This document shows positions 26,031-36,068 of a DNA stretch of 64,000 nucleotides, piece after piece. The notes beneath the pieces were generated by a model. That model was not told the DNA's origin. It did no database searches and worked only from the letters and a program-made list of their open reading frames with translations. A program made the position numbers and the translations under genes. Source of the stretch: a virus (Duplodnaviria > Heunggongvirae > Uroviricota > Caudoviricetes); the IMG/VR virus record IMGVR_UViG_3300015360_001243, positions 49,999 through 113,998 of that record. One strand, 5' to 3'. Numbering within the stretch: position 1 is the stretch's first letter; every line of letters begins with the position of its first letter.

Positions 26031-26366
26031 ATGATACATCTAACTGAAAAAGCTGCTAAAAAAGTTATTGAAATTGCCGAGGCTGAAGGAATTGGACACA
26101 ATTCTATTCGAGTTAAGGTTGTTGGTGGCGGATGCGCTGGGTTCTCTCATGACATGACGTTCGATGACCAGGCAAGCGACCTAGATGAAGTTCAAGAGAT
26201 TACGGACTACTATGGTACTGTCAAAGTACTTTGTGACGCCCTTTCCTTTCAATATCTAGATGAAACTACTATTGATTGGTTAGATAGCCCCATTAGTGCC
26301 GGATTCAAATTCATCAACCCAAATGTCACCGGCTCTTGTGGCTGCGGCTCCTCTGTTAAGTTCTAA
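26031..26366 (+). CDS. A-type Fe-S cluster carrier (IscA/ErpA/HesB family)
   Basis: VVGGGCAGFSH...NPNVTGSCGCGSSVKF, with the three conserved Cys. Confidence 0.8.
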   Translation: MIHLTEKAAKKVIEIAEAEGIGHNSIRVKVVGGGCAGFSHDMTFDDQASDLDEVQEITDYYGTVKVLCDALSFQYLDETTIDWLDSPISAGFKFINPNVTGSCGCGSSVKF

Positions 26367-26383
26367 TTAGAAAGACTAGTATA

Positions 26384-27496
26384 ATGCATTCTGTGCTTGA
26401 AACTATTATGAAACGAAGCCCACACCTTGATTGGATTGAGAAAGGCACTGTGTTATTGGTTCGACACGGCTCTCATGCCTATGGCACCAACACGGCCACT
26501 TCTGATGAGGACTTCAAGGGAGTTGCTATTCCGCCCCAGAAATACTTCTATGGTTACACTCATAGGTTTGAGCAAGCTGAATTGAAGGCTCCCGATGATG
26601 ATGCCGTCATCTACGACATTAGGAAGTTCTTTAACCTAGCTGCCGACTGTAACCCCAACATCATTGAAGTTCTTCATACCGATCCTTCAGATCACTTCAT
26701 TGTGTCACCGATTGGTAGAACGATCCTTGATCATAAGGATGCCTTTCTTTCAAAGAAGATTAAGCATACCTTTTTGGGTTACTCGGTCTCTCAGCTTAAG
26801 AGAATTAAGACGCATAAGCGTTGGATCATGGATCCGCCTTCATCGCCTCCTACTAGGGCATCTTTGGGTTTGCCCGAGCAGACTCTGATTCCTCAGGATC
26901 AACTGATGGCAGCTACTGCTGAAATTCAAAAAGAACTAGATAGATTCCAGCTTGACTTTATGGAAAAGCTGGATGAGTCAGATAAGATTGAAGCTCGTGG
27001 AGTCTTAGCTAGCATGGTTGCTGAGTTGAAGATTACTTCCGATGAGCATTTTGGTGCAACGGCCCGTAAGATTGGTTTGACTGATAACTTCATTCAAATC
27101 ATGCAAATGGAGCGTCAGTACACCGGAGCTAAGCGTGAATGGGACCAGTATCAAAACTGGAAGAAGACCCGTAACGTTAAGCGCTCTGAGCTTGAAGAGA
27201 AGTACGGTTACGATACGAAACACGCATATCATCTTGTAAGGCTAATTCGCATGTGTAGAGAGGTTCTTTTGACTGGTAAAGTTATTGTGAAGCGCCCTGA
27301 CCGTGAGGAGCTTCTAGCCATCCGCAATGGCGCCTGGACTTATGAACAACTCATTGAATTCGCCGAGAGGGAAGATATTGCGTTGAATGAGCTGTATAAC
27401 AGCACGACCATCCTTCCCAAGGTTCCTAACAAGGAAAAACTAGATCAGCTTTGTATTAAGTTGATTGAACAATTCATGTCTATTGGAGTAAAGTAA
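26384..27496 (+). CDS. Pol-beta-superfamily nucleotidyltransferase
   Basis: The N-terminal VRHGSHAYGTNTATSDEDF fits the NTase GS...DxD motif. The C-terminal half is predicted helical. Confidence 0.5.
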   Translation: MHSVLETIMKRSPHLDWIEKGTVLLVRHGSHAYGTNTATSDEDFKGVAIPPQKYFYGYTHRFEQAELKAPDDDAVIYDIRKFFNLAADCNPNIIEVLHTDPSDHFIVSPIGRTILDHKDAFLSKKIKHTFLGYSVSQLKRIKTHKRWIMDPPSSPPTRASLGLPEQTLIPQDQLMAATAEIQKELDRFQLDFMEKLDESDKIEARGVLASMVAELKITSDEHFGATARKIGLTDNFIQIMQMERQYTGAKREWDQYQNWKKTRNVKRSELEEKYGYDTKHAYHLVRLIRMCREVLLTGKVIVKRPDREELLAIRNGAWTYEQLIEFAEREDIALNELYNSTTILPKVPNKEKLDQLCIKLIEQFMSIGVK

Positions 27497-27497
27497 A

Positions 27498-27884
27498 ATG
27501 ATACCGGCCGCTCTCTCATCGGCAATGCCAATTCTTATTGGACTTGCTCTAGCTTATATGTTGTTTTCAATTTTCTTTTCTGATGCAATCAAAGAGAAAA
27601 TGGCTAGCAACGAAGCTATTAAAGTAAAGCAATCTAGCTTAGATAAAATTGCTAGAGTGAAGATGGTCTCCGAAGATCCGAAAGATATTGAGAAGTTTAT
27701 TACGGATAATGCTCAATATCTCTCGGAAGGAATGGTTGCAGGTTTAGTGGGCCGCATCGAGATGATTCGAACAGATCGAATTATCAGCGATGACAATATG
27801 TTGAAGAAACGTATTGATGCTTTAGATCCGGTTGAAATTGATGAAGAGCCTGTAGTTCTCAAGAAAGTGGCTAGGAAACGATAA
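27498..27884 (+). CDS. hypothetical membrane-anchored protein
   Basis: N-terminal transmembrane helix. Confidence 0.4.
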   Translation: MIPAALSSAMPILIGLALAYMLFSIFFSDAIKEKMASNEAIKVKQSSLDKIARVKMVSEDPKDIEKFITDNAQYLSEGMVAGLVGRIEMIRTDRIISDDNMLKKRIDALDPVEIDEEPVVLKKVARKR

Positions 27885-28450
27885 TGGGAAAAGCAATGAA
27901 TAGACAAGTTCTCGTCGTTGATGTCGAGAGCACCTGTTGGGAACCGCCTGAGTTCCAAGGCAAAGATGAAATCTCTGAAATAATTGAGATAGGTATCGCG
28001 GTTGTTGACATTGATAAGTTAACGATTATTGAAAATGACAGTATTATCATTAAGCCCCAAAGGTCAAAAGTCAGTAAATTCTGTACCAAATTAACTACTC
28101 TTACTCAAGAGTATGTGGACCAAGGGACCACCTTCCAGGCCGCTATGGAAATTCTGAGAAAGAATTATAATTCTCAGAATCGAACCATGGTAAGTTGGGG
28201 CGACTATGATCGAAAGATGTTTGAGAGGAACTGCGCCGACTATGGAGTCAAATACCCCTTTGGTCCTCGCCATATGAATCTTAAAAATACTTTCGCCATT
28301 TTTGAGGGGCTGGGCAGGGAACCGGGCATGGATGCCGCTTTAGGGCACCTGAGACTAAACCTGGTGGGTACGCATCATCGTGGAATAGATGATGCTCGAA
28401 ACATTGCTGAGATCTTTTGTAAGATAATTAAGATGTATCGTGTTGACTAA
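27884..28450 (+). CDS. DEDDh 3'-5' exonuclease (DnaQ/RNase T/oligoribonuclease-like)
   Basis: Exo I VVDVESTCWE, Exo II WGDYDRKMF and Exo III HRGIDDARN. Confidence 0.75.
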   Translation: MGKAMNRQVLVVDVESTCWEPPEFQGKDEISEIIEIGIAVVDIDKLTIIENDSIIIKPQRSKVSKFCTKLTTLTQEYVDQGTTFQAAMEILRKNYNSQNRTMVSWGDYDRKMFERNCADYGVKYPFGPRHMNLKNTFAIFEGLGREPGMDAALGHLRLNLVGTHHRGIDDARNIAEIFCKIIKMYRVD

Positions 28451-28452
28451 TA

Positions 28453-28812
28453 TTGTGGCATAAAGTGATGGAAGCCGAGGCTTATAAGGTTGGCATCTCT
28501 ACGGATGCTGCCGAGAAAGTAAAAGAACAATTGGCCAAACGAGGCACACCTGAGTCCTATCTTAGGTTAGGTGTTAAAGGCGGCGGGTGTTCTGGCTTCT
28601 CCTATGTACTTCAGTTTGAAGATGCAAGTCCAAGAGCTAAAGATATAGTTTTTGAAGTAGAGGGCGTTCACATTGTTGTTGATGCTAAATCTATTCTATA
28701 TTTGAATGGGTGCGTTTTGGATTGGGGAAAGAGTTTGATGAACCATGGTTTTCAAATTACTAATCCAAATGAGAAGGCGAAATGCGGTTGCGGGCAATCT
28801 TTTACAATCTAA
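28453..28812 (+). CDS. A-type Fe-S cluster carrier (IscA/HesB family), second copy
   Basis: GVKGGGCSGFSY...NPNEKAKCGCGQSFTI. Confidence 0.8.
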   Translation: MWHKVMEAEAYKVGISTDAAEKVKEQLAKRGTPESYLRLGVKGGGCSGFSYVLQFEDASPRAKDIVFEVEGVHIVVDAKSILYLNGCVLDWGKSLMNHGFQITNPNEKAKCGCGQSFTI

Positions 28813-29045
28813 AGGTAAATATGATCCACGGAATCTATCTAAAGACTCGCCCTAAAGGCACTTGGCATTTGGTTACGACTACGGTATCCCCGGAGTCTGC
28901 TGCACACGATCTTAGCATGGCTGTTAAGCAAGCTAAAGACGAAGGCAATTTGCACGTAGAAGGAATGATTCAAACTTTCGATTCTGCATTTTGGGTTCCG
29001 CATTATTTGCATTCCGTCAAAGAAAACAAACCAATGTATAACTAA
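28782..29045 (+). CDS. hypothetical small protein
   Basis: ORF that overlaps its upstream neighbour by 31 nt. Confidence 0.3.
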   Translation: MRLRAIFYNLKVNMIHGIYLKTRPKGTWHLVTTTVSPESAAHDLSMAVKQAKDEGNLHVEGMIQTFDSAFWVPHYLHSVKENKPMYN

Positions 29046-29048
29046 CTC

Positions 29049-29297
29049 ATGATTATCTCTTCAGCAAGACTGCTAACATGCGCTAGGTCCGAAGCAGGGA
29101 GAGGCCTTTATAATTATTCAATGTATTCTCTAAATGAAAAGGCTCATTTAGTAAATCAATTATGTGAATATAATCTGTTAATTGGTATTCATGGATATGA
29201 TGAATATGAAGATGATATTGTTAAATGGGTTTTTGGAAATAGTAGCTATACTACTGAACAAGTTGAACGAATGATCAAAATGAGGGTTTTCGCCTAA
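29049..29297 (+). CDS. hypothetical small protein
   Basis: ORF. Confidence 0.35.
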   Translation: MIISSARLLTCARSEAGRGLYNYSMYSLNEKAHLVNQLCEYNLLIGIHGYDEYEDDIVKWVFGNSSYTTEQVERMIKMRVFA

Positions 29298-29337
29298 TAG
29301 ATGTGTTATATATTCATGTGATATCCCTAAGGAAAGC

Positions 29338-30447
29338 ATGAGTAACGCACTAAATCTTCAAGAAATTGATCAAGAACAAGCCCTACATTTAAGTAAGTTT
29401 TTTATTAGATCTCATCAAAACTTATTTCTATTTGGTCGCCGTGGCGTCGGTAAAACTCATATTGCTTTACAAGCCGCTAAAGAATGTGGGTTCAAAGTAA
29501 GTTATGTAAACCTTAGCGTTATTGAGAGACCCGATTTAGCTGGCTATCCTAATTTGAATACTCCGGGTGATGTGATTACTTTCAAATCACCTTCTTTCCT
29601 TCCTAAGTTATTGGATGCTAGTGCTGATACGATCATATTATTTGATGAAGTAGATAAGGCGCCGCCTGAAGTAACGGCCCCTCTTTTAGAGATTCTTCAA
29701 TTTAAAGCCATCAATGGAACGCCGCTTAATGTAGCTGGGTGTATTCTGACTGGCAATCTAATTAGTGAAGGAGCTTACTCCAATCAAATTAGTAGTGCTC
29801 TTTTAGATCGTGGCGCCAAGTATATCTTATCGTTCAACTTTGAAAAATGGATTGATTGGGCAAAGACTCATTTGGTTCACGATCTCATTCTTGGATTCTT
29901 GAGAAGTAATCCAGAGTTTGCCTGCGGAAAAATTGAAGATAGTTGTTATGCCAGTCCATCGCCAAGAGGTTGGACCTTAGCATCGGAGGCGTTGATTAAA
30001 GCGCGTGACCTCAAGATCGTGGATATAGATACGGTCACTCAGATTATTTCTGGGTTTGTAGGTGGCGAAGCCGGCCTTAGATTCAAAATTTGGTATGAAT
30101 ACTACCGTAGATTTGAGCCATACATTCACTCATTAATTGAGAGTGGAACAATGACCTTAGATTTCGCAGCATTAGCACCAACTGAAAAAATTGTTTTTGT
30201 TGTTGCCGCATGTTATTATGCTAAGCAAAAAGTCTTCTCTGAGTCGATCAAATCTAAGAATAGATTTGCATATCTAGAGAACTTATGTAAGTTCTTTGTC
30301 AACTATAAAGTTGACAGCGAATTACAAGTTATGGGGCTATACAACTCTTTCGATTTTGATATGATAGCAAAAAATAAACTCTATACTTGTAAAGAGTTTT
30401 TTGAACTATTCACGAAGATCAGTGAGAACGTTCCGCTAAGAAAATGA
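29338..30447 (+). CDS. AAA+ ATPase, CobS/MoxR-like (paralogue of 15913..17067)
   Basis: FGRRGVGKTHIALQ, LFDEVDKAPPEV and RPDLAGYPN, co-linear with the first copy. Confidence 0.7.
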   Translation: MSNALNLQEIDQEQALHLSKFFIRSHQNLFLFGRRGVGKTHIALQAAKECGFKVSYVNLSVIERPDLAGYPNLNTPGDVITFKSPSFLPKLLDASADTIILFDEVDKAPPEVTAPLLEILQFKAINGTPLNVAGCILTGNLISEGAYSNQISSALLDRGAKYILSFNFEKWIDWAKTHLVHDLILGFLRSNPEFACGKIEDSCYASPSPRGWTLASEALIKARDLKIVDIDTVTQIISGFVGGEAGLRFKIWYEYYRRFEPYIHSLIESGTMTLDFAALAPTEKIVFVVAACYYAKQKVFSESIKSKNRFAYLENLCKFFVNYKVDSELQVMGLYNSFDFDMIAKNKLYTCKEFFELFTKISENVPLRK

Positions 30448-30457
30448 CAGCCAGCCC

Positions 30458-30486
30458 TTGACATCTAATTTGTAAAATATACTATA
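30458..30486 (+). promoter_or_regulatory. sigma70-like early promoter upstream of thioredoxin
   Basis: TTGACA at 30458-30463, then a TACTAT / ACTATA -10 candidate after a 16-17 nt spacer, with a GAGG Shine-Dalgarno before the ATG at 30501. Confidence 0.4.
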
Positions 30487-30500
30487 CGAAGCGAGGCGCC

Positions 30501-30830
30501 ATGAGTGACGTTTTAACTGTTGATGATGATAATTTTGAAGCCGAAGTCCTACAATCCGACAAACCAGTATTGGTTGACTTTAGCGCGGTCTGGTGTGGGC
30601 CATGCCAGAGGCAGCTCCCTATTATGGAGAAGTTTGCTACTGAGAACAAAGGACGAGTCAAGGTCGTCAAAGTTGATGTGGATGATGCTCCAATTATTGC
30701 ATCTAAGTTTGGCATTAAGAGTGTACCAAGTATTCTTCTCTTTAATGCGGGCGAACGAGTTGACTCCAAAGTTGGGCTTACGACTTCGGCAATGCTTAAC
30801 AATTTGCTGCTTGAAAAAGTCGGCGTTTAA
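30501..30830 (+). CDS. trxA: thioredoxin
   Basis: The WCGPC active site is present. The 109-aa length and layout are typical of thioredoxin. Confidence 0.85.
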   Translation: MSDVLTVDDDNFEAEVLQSDKPVLVDFSAVWCGPCQRQLPIMEKFATENKGRVKVVKVDVDDAPIIASKFGIKSVPSILLFNAGERVDSKVGLTTSAMLNNLLLEKVGV

Positions 30831-30852
30831 TTCTATTCCACTAGGGACTCAA

Positions 30853-30880
30853 AGCCAGCTAACTGCTGGCTTTTTTGTTT
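30853..30880 (+). terminator. rho-independent terminator after thioredoxin
   Basis: AAGCCAGC-TAACT-GCTGGCTT followed by TTTTGTTT. Confidence 0.8.
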
Positions 30881-30891
30881 GGTAAATCATT

Positions 30892-31122
30892 ATGGATATT
30901 CACACTGCTGCGCACTACATGAAATGCGGATATAGAATTACGCGACCCAAGCTATACGTCAATTGCGAGCAAAATTGGCTAGACATAAACTTCATTACTT
31001 TCTGGCCTCTTCATATGGAAGACCTGCTTGCGACGGATTGGGAAATTGATTTCCGAGATATGACTGATGATTCTGGCATTAAACCAATCTACAAAGAACC
31101 TGTGTCGGATGAAGAGGAATAA
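30892..31122 (+). CDS. hypothetical small protein
   Basis: ORF. Confidence 0.35.
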   Translation: MDIHTAAHYMKCGYRITRPKLYVNCEQNWLDINFITFWPLHMEDLLATDWEIDFRDMTDDSGIKPIYKEPVSDEEE

Positions 31123-31394
31123 TGAAATTTGCATTTGAAGGATTAATGATTGCGTTCTTGATCGCAATGTCTGTTTTGTTTATAGGTATCCCTTTAATCA
31201 AGATTGTAAAGATGATGCTGCCTGGTCCCAAGAAGGATTCCTTGAAGGAAGCGGCAGAAAGACTTGAAGTGGCCAAGAAAGAAGCTCAGGCCGCGCGTCT
31301 AAATAAAGAAACTGAGAAAGTGTATTCTGAACTTTATAGTGAAGTTTTGGAAGAAGATTCCTTAGAAGAAGAAAGTAATAGGAAGAAACTATGA
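31122..31394 (+). CDS. hypothetical membrane protein with a coiled-coil tail
   Basis: N-terminal transmembrane helix; ATGA overlaps. Confidence 0.4.
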   Translation: MKFAFEGLMIAFLIAMSVLFIGIPLIKIVKMMLPGPKKDSLKEAAERLEVAKKEAQAARLNKETEKVYSELYSEVLEEDSLEEESNRKKL

Positions 31395-32623
31395 ATAAAG
31401 ATGCGAATATGACGAAGTTAGTGGCGAAGCTTGTCGGAGGAGTCGTTGTACTCATCCTTGGCATTGTCTTCATTGCTAACTCAGTAACAACCGTTGCAGC
31501 CGATGAAATTGTCGTCAAACAGAATTTCTTTGATGGTAAGCTCCAAGTGTGGTCCTCACCCGGAGTCCATTGGCAGAATTTTGGACGATTGACTATCTAT
31601 AAGAGGTCCGCCCAATATTCTTTCGACATTACCCCTGCCGACCCCAACGTCAAAGACTCTAAGCCGCTTGACGAGACCATTCAAGTTAGATTCAATGATG
31701 GTGGTCATGGTAATGTTGGTGGTTCGTTGCGATTCGATCTGCCTACTGATGAACTTAAGATGGTTAAGCTTCATTCTACTTATCACTCTATGGAGGCAAT
31801 CAACAGAGATCTTATTCGACCAGTCGTCAATAAGTCTGTCTTCATGACTGGTCCACTTATGTCCAGCCGTGAGTCCTATGCTGAGAAGAGAGCTGACTTG
31901 ATTAGTCACATCTCAGACCAGATCCTTCATGGTGTCTATCGCACTGAGCGCCACACTTCTAAGGTAGTTGACATTATTTCTGGTCAAGAGAAGAACGTTG
32001 ATATGGTTCAACCAAAAATTGGTGCAACCGGAACCGAACGTGAAGAAGTAAGTCCTATCGAAACATTCGGTATAAATGCTTATAATATTGCTATCAATCG
32101 TATCAACTACGATCCCGCAATCGAGAAGCAGATTGAGCAACAGCAGCAAGCTACGATGGCCGTTCAACAGGCTATGGTTGATGCTCGTAAGGCTGAGCAA
32201 GCTGCCATCACTACCGCTAAGCAGGGTGAAGCCGAAGCTGCGAAGGCGAAGTGGGCACAGGAAGTTATCAAGGCCACTGAAATCACCAAGGCTCAACAGG
32301 ATAAGGATGTTGCTACCTTGCAAGCAACTAAGAACAAGGAAGTCGCGGCTCTTACCTTAGATACTGCTAAGCTAGAAGCTCAGACAACCATGACTAATGC
32401 TAAGGCTGACTCTGATGCGAGGAAGCTTGCTATCACGGCAGACAACGCTCTAGAGAAGAGATTGGATGCTTATGTAACTGTCCAAAAGGCTTGGGCAGCA
32501 GCTTATGGCGCACAACGTCAGACGCCTGATATCTCCTTGGGTGGAGGTAACGGCGGGACTAGTCAATCTCTTATTGAGATGATGACAGCCAAGACCGCGC
32601 GCGAACTAAACATCACCAAGTAA
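31391..32623 (+). CDS. SPFH/band-7-like membrane protein (HflK/C- or flotillin-like) with a Q/A/K-rich coiled coil
   Basis: N-terminal transmembrane helix, then EIVVKQNFFDGKLQVWSSPGVHWQNFGRL (SPFH-like), then a long coiled coil. Confidence 0.45.
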   Translation: MNKDANMTKLVAKLVGGVVVLILGIVFIANSVTTVAADEIVVKQNFFDGKLQVWSSPGVHWQNFGRLTIYKRSAQYSFDITPADPNVKDSKPLDETIQVRFNDGGHGNVGGSLRFDLPTDELKMVKLHSTYHSMEAINRDLIRPVVNKSVFMTGPLMSSRESYAEKRADLISHISDQILHGVYRTERHTSKVVDIISGQEKNVDMVQPKIGATGTEREEVSPIETFGINAYNIAINRINYDPAIEKQIEQQQQATMAVQQAMVDARKAEQAAITTAKQGEAEAAKAKWAQEVIKATEITKAQQDKDVATLQATKNKEVAALTLDTAKLEAQTTMTNAKADSDARKLAITADNALEKRLDAYVTVQKAWAAAYGAQRQTPDISLGGGNGGTSQSLIEMMTAKTARELNITK

Positions 32624-32666
32624 TTTCAGTTGAGGGATCCTCGGAAATGGGTCTCCCTTAACCTAT

Positions 32667-33143
32667 ATGAAGTATCCGAAAGTTCCAACCAAACCTTATG
32701 CCCCGTACAAACCTCAACCTCCTGCCAAGCAGATTGAGAAGAGTACGCCTATTGGCTCTACTGATTTTCATGAAGATTGCTCATATTCCCTTCAATCTTT
32801 TGAAGAATTTATTAAGGCCAATTCCACCGGAGCAACTCCTTCTGATGTCAAATTCTCTTGGGAAATTGAGAAAGAACCAACTTATTACGATGAGACTATT
32901 ATCTCACTCAAGATTAAATTCTTTACGGTTGCCTTGATTGATAATCCGCAGTATGATAGGCTGTATGCTTATTACGAAGAGCACCTAAAGAAGTATGAGA
33001 AAGATTATCAGAAGTATCGAGACAATCTAAAGCAATATAAGATCGATGAAATCCGTTACAAGGATGACCTTGAAACATGGACTCTTGATAATGCTAAAGA
33101 AACTATCAAAAGATTAGAAGCTAAAAAAGGTAAGAAAAAATGA
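32667..33143 (+). CDS. hypothetical protein
   Basis: ORF. Confidence 0.4.
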   Translation: MKYPKVPTKPYAPYKPQPPAKQIEKSTPIGSTDFHEDCSYSLQSFEEFIKANSTGATPSDVKFSWEIEKEPTYYDETIISLKIKFFTVALIDNPQYDRLYAYYEEHLKKYEKDYQKYRDNLKQYKIDEIRYKDDLETWTLDNAKETIKRLEAKKGKKK

Positions 33144-34075
33144 GTAAGGTTATAATGGTGGTCGGTTATCCGGCTTCAGGTAAGAGCACCCTCACCAAGG
33201 ATCTAGTGGCCAAGGGCGCCGTCTCCCTCAATCGAGACACGGAAGGTGGAACGATTGCCGCCCTGCTCCCCAAGATGGAAACTCTGTTGTTAGCCGGCAA
33301 AGATGTTGTACTTGACAACCTCTTCGTCAATCGTGAAGTCCGCAAACCCTTTATCGATATGGCTAAGAAGCATGACGCGGACATCTCCTGCCAATTGATG
33401 GGAACTTCAATTGAAGATGCCCAATTTAACGTAGTTCAAAGAGCCATCGGCTTGATTGGTAAATTTCCGACTCCGGAAGCCATTAAAGAGGCCAGGCATA
33501 CTAATATCTTTCCTCCTCTAGTTCTTTTCAAATACAAGAAAGAGTTTGAGAAGCCCACGACTGACGAAGGTTTCTCTAAAGTTGATCTGGTTAAGTTTGT
33601 TCGCAAGCAAGATCCATCATTCACCAACAAAGCTATTATTGTAGATTACGACGGAACGCTTCGTGAATGTATCAATGGTAATGATAAGTATCCGCTTACT
33701 GAAGATCAAGTTGAAATTAAGCCTGGACGTAAGGCGGTCCTTGACGACTACAGGGCGAAGGGTTATCATTTGCTCGGGCTCTCTAATCAAAGTGGCATTG
33801 CAAAGGGCGAGTTGAGCTATGACAAAGCAACTGACCTTTTCAATCATACCAATAAGCTACTTGGAGTTGATATCGAGTTTCGATTCTGCTCTCATCAATC
33901 TGCCCCTATCTTTTGTTACTGTAGAAAACCTATGAATGGCGTGGGCGTTGAATTCATTATGAAACATAAGCTCAGTGCTAGAGATTGTATCATGGTAGGC
34001 GACATGACCACCGACAAAACCTTTGCAGCACGTTCCGGGTTCCAGTACGTTGACCAGGCGGATTTCTTTAAATGA
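33140..34075 (+). CDS. polynucleotide 5'-kinase / 3'-phosphatase-like (P-loop kinase + HAD phosphatase), Pnk paralogue
   Basis: N-terminal Walker A GYPASGKST and C-terminal HAD motif IIVDYDGTL (DxDGT). Confidence 0.7.
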   Translation: MSKVIMVVGYPASGKSTLTKDLVAKGAVSLNRDTEGGTIAALLPKMETLLLAGKDVVLDNLFVNREVRKPFIDMAKKHDADISCQLMGTSIEDAQFNVVQRAIGLIGKFPTPEAIKEARHTNIFPPLVLFKYKKEFEKPTTDEGFSKVDLVKFVRKQDPSFTNKAIIVDYDGTLRECINGNDKYPLTEDQVEIKPGRKAVLDDYRAKGYHLLGLSNQSGIAKGELSYDKATDLFNHTNKLLGVDIEFRFCSHQSAPIFCYCRKPMNGVGVEFIMKHKLSARDCIMVGDMTTDKTFAARSGFQYVDQADFFK

Positions 34076-34338
34076 AAAGAAAGTTCAAAATTACTTTTGA
34101 GGTTGATTGCAATTACCCTTCTATTCATAAAGAAACTAAAAGACTTGCAAAAACTTTTGATGACTGGCTTCAAGATTGGGCAGATAGTGATAGTGCTCCC
34201 AAAGACATAATTCCAATATTATATACTGGCGCCCCAGGAATTGAGCACCAACCTAATGGAACTGTTAGAGTAAAAATTATAAGAGATGAAGAAATTATTC
34301 TTGATACATGGTGGGATGATCTATCAGATGATTTTTGA
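34072..34338 (+). CDS. hypothetical small protein
   Basis: ORF with an ATGA overlap. Confidence 0.35.
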   Translation: MKRKFKITFEVDCNYPSIHKETKRLAKTFDDWLQDWADSDSAPKDIIPILYTGAPGIEHQPNGTVRVKIIRDEEIILDTWWDDLSDDF

Positions 34339-34350
34339 AAAGTAAAATAA

Positions 34351-34833
34351 ATGAAATGTACTTCCTGCACATATCTCATAACTCGGGAGCCAGCAACAGA
34401 TTGTCAGTCTATTGCGCACTGGAAAGAGTGGGCCATTCTCCTTCAAGATAAACTTGAAAAACACGATGATGATCGTGACAAACTTGATGTGGCTGAGTGG
34501 CTAGAATCATATGAAAAAGTAAAAGATTATAAATGTCATGGATGTGGCAGGGATTATAATCTACCTACTCACATAGATCATTTTACTTGTGTTTGTGGCC
34601 ATCGTTCCAGATTGCGTCATTTGGGAGGGATGAACCCAGATCAGGCAGTTATAGACGCGGCAATAAGATATTTTGGTAATGAACGTTCGGCTCAATTGGC
34701 GTGGATTGCTGAGGTAGTTGGTGGACAGCACTGTTTACACTATACTGCTGATGAAATTAGAAACATGATTCGTCGAGAAATGGACCGTTGGATCCAAACT
34801 GATAGTGGATGGGAAAGAAAAGCGAGTAAGTAG
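34351..34833 (+). CDS. hypothetical Cys/His-rich (zinc-binding?) protein
   Basis: CTSC, CHGCG and CVCGH clusters. Confidence 0.4.
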   Translation: MKCTSCTYLITREPATDCQSIAHWKEWAILLQDKLEKHDDDRDKLDVAEWLESYEKVKDYKCHGCGRDYNLPTHIDHFTCVCGHRSRLRHLGGMNPDQAVIDAAIRYFGNERSAQLAWIAEVVGGQHCLHYTADEIRNMIRREMDRWIQTDSGWERKASK

Positions 34834-35002
34834 AATGATTGGTATCCAAGAGTTTAAAGGCGACCTGATCAAAATCGAACAGTTTCTAAACACAGACGCT
34901 GTAAAATTGGGTTGGAAAGTTTTATCTATTCAAAAGGTTCGTTGCTGGTATATATTCGGACCTGATGAGTACTTTGTCACATATGAGAAAGAAGATAAGT
35001 AA
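34805..35002 (+). CDS. hypothetical small protein
   Basis: ORF. Confidence 0.3.
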   Translation: MDGKEKRVSRMIGIQEFKGDLIKIEQFLNTDAVKLGWKVLSIQKVRCWYIFGPDEYFVTYEKEDK

Positions 35003-35003
35003 A

Positions 35004-35975
35004 ATGTTGAAGATTATCCTAACTGTTGGTATTCCGGCTTGTGGCAAGTCTACTTGGTCCAAAGAAGAGGTCAAGAAAGCGCCAGAGAAGGTTACGCGCA
35101 TCAATAGAGACGATCTACGTACGATGATGAGTAATTACCATTTTTCTGACGCTAATGAGAAGTTGGTTACCTCCACCAAAGAGTTCTTGCTACGCCAAGC
35201 ACTTCGCTATGGACGAGACGTCATCATTGATGAAACCAACCTCAATCGTCGAAACTTTGACGATGTGGTCAAGATCGTCAAGGATATGAACCTTGACTGT
35301 ATGGTAATGGAGAAACCTTTCTACGTTGAATTGGACGAAGCTATCGCTCGCGATAAGGAACGTCAGGGTGCTGGTTACGTGGGCGAGAGCGTTGTTCAGA
35401 AATTCTGGAAGAAGTCTGGTGGAAAGCAGCACAAACACTACAAGCCAAGGGTAGAAATTTGCCAGAGGCAGACTGAAGCCTCAGTAGCAGCGGCCGAAAT
35501 CTCTTTCAAGTCTCATCTTCCTACGGCCATTGTCTGTGACCTTGATGGAACTATTTCTCTCTTTAACTCAAAGAGAAGTGATGGATCAGTAGATGTTCGT
35601 CACTCTAAGGCGCACACCCGTAGCCCATACGATGCATCTAAGTCTGATGAAGATATGTTGAATGAGCCGGTTGCCTTAGTCATTGAAGCTATGTTCAATG
35701 CAGGTCACCATATTATTTTTTGCTCTGGTCGAGAAGATACTTATCGTGAGCAAACAGAACGCTTCCTTAAGAAGCACTTGAATATTCAGTACACTCTTCT
35801 TATGAGAAAAGGCGAAGACCTTCGCAAGGATTCGATTATCAAGTCGGAGATTTACGACGGACATATTGCTCCTAATTACAACGTCTTGTTTGTTCTAGAT
35901 GACCGTAATCAAGTGGTTGATCTATGGCGAAGCAAGGGACTATCATGTTGGCAGGTTGCCCCAGGTAATTTCTGA
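35004..35975 (+). CDS. pseT: polynucleotide kinase-phosphatase, T4 Pnk (pseT) orthologue
   Basis: MLKIILTVGIPACGKSTW..INRDDLR is near-identical in pattern to T4 Pnk MKKIILTIGCPGSGKSTW..INRDDYR. HAD motif IVCDLDGT. The C-terminal VLDDRNQVVDLWRSKGLSCWQVAPGNF aligns with T4 [26 protein letters not shown]. Confidence 0.9.
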   Translation: MLKIILTVGIPACGKSTWSKEEVKKAPEKVTRINRDDLRTMMSNYHFSDANEKLVTSTKEFLLRQALRYGRDVIIDETNLNRRNFDDVVKIVKDMNLDCMVMEKPFYVELDEAIARDKERQGAGYVGESVVQKFWKKSGGKQHKHYKPRVEICQRQTEASVAAAEISFKSHLPTAIVCDLDGTISLFNSKRSDGSVDVRHSKAHTRSPYDASKSDEDMLNEPVALVIEAMFNAGHHIIFCSGREDTYREQTERFLKKHLNIQYTLLMRKGEDLRKDSIIKSEIYDGHIAPNYNVLFVLDDRNQVVDLWRSKGLSCWQVAPGNF

Positions 35976-36068
35976 CATAATAATTTTTTATATGAATAAT
36001 CGCATATTGGAGCAATCTCCGAAACCAGCCGTTCAAATCAATTTTTGAAATTGGTGGTTTTTTAACAA

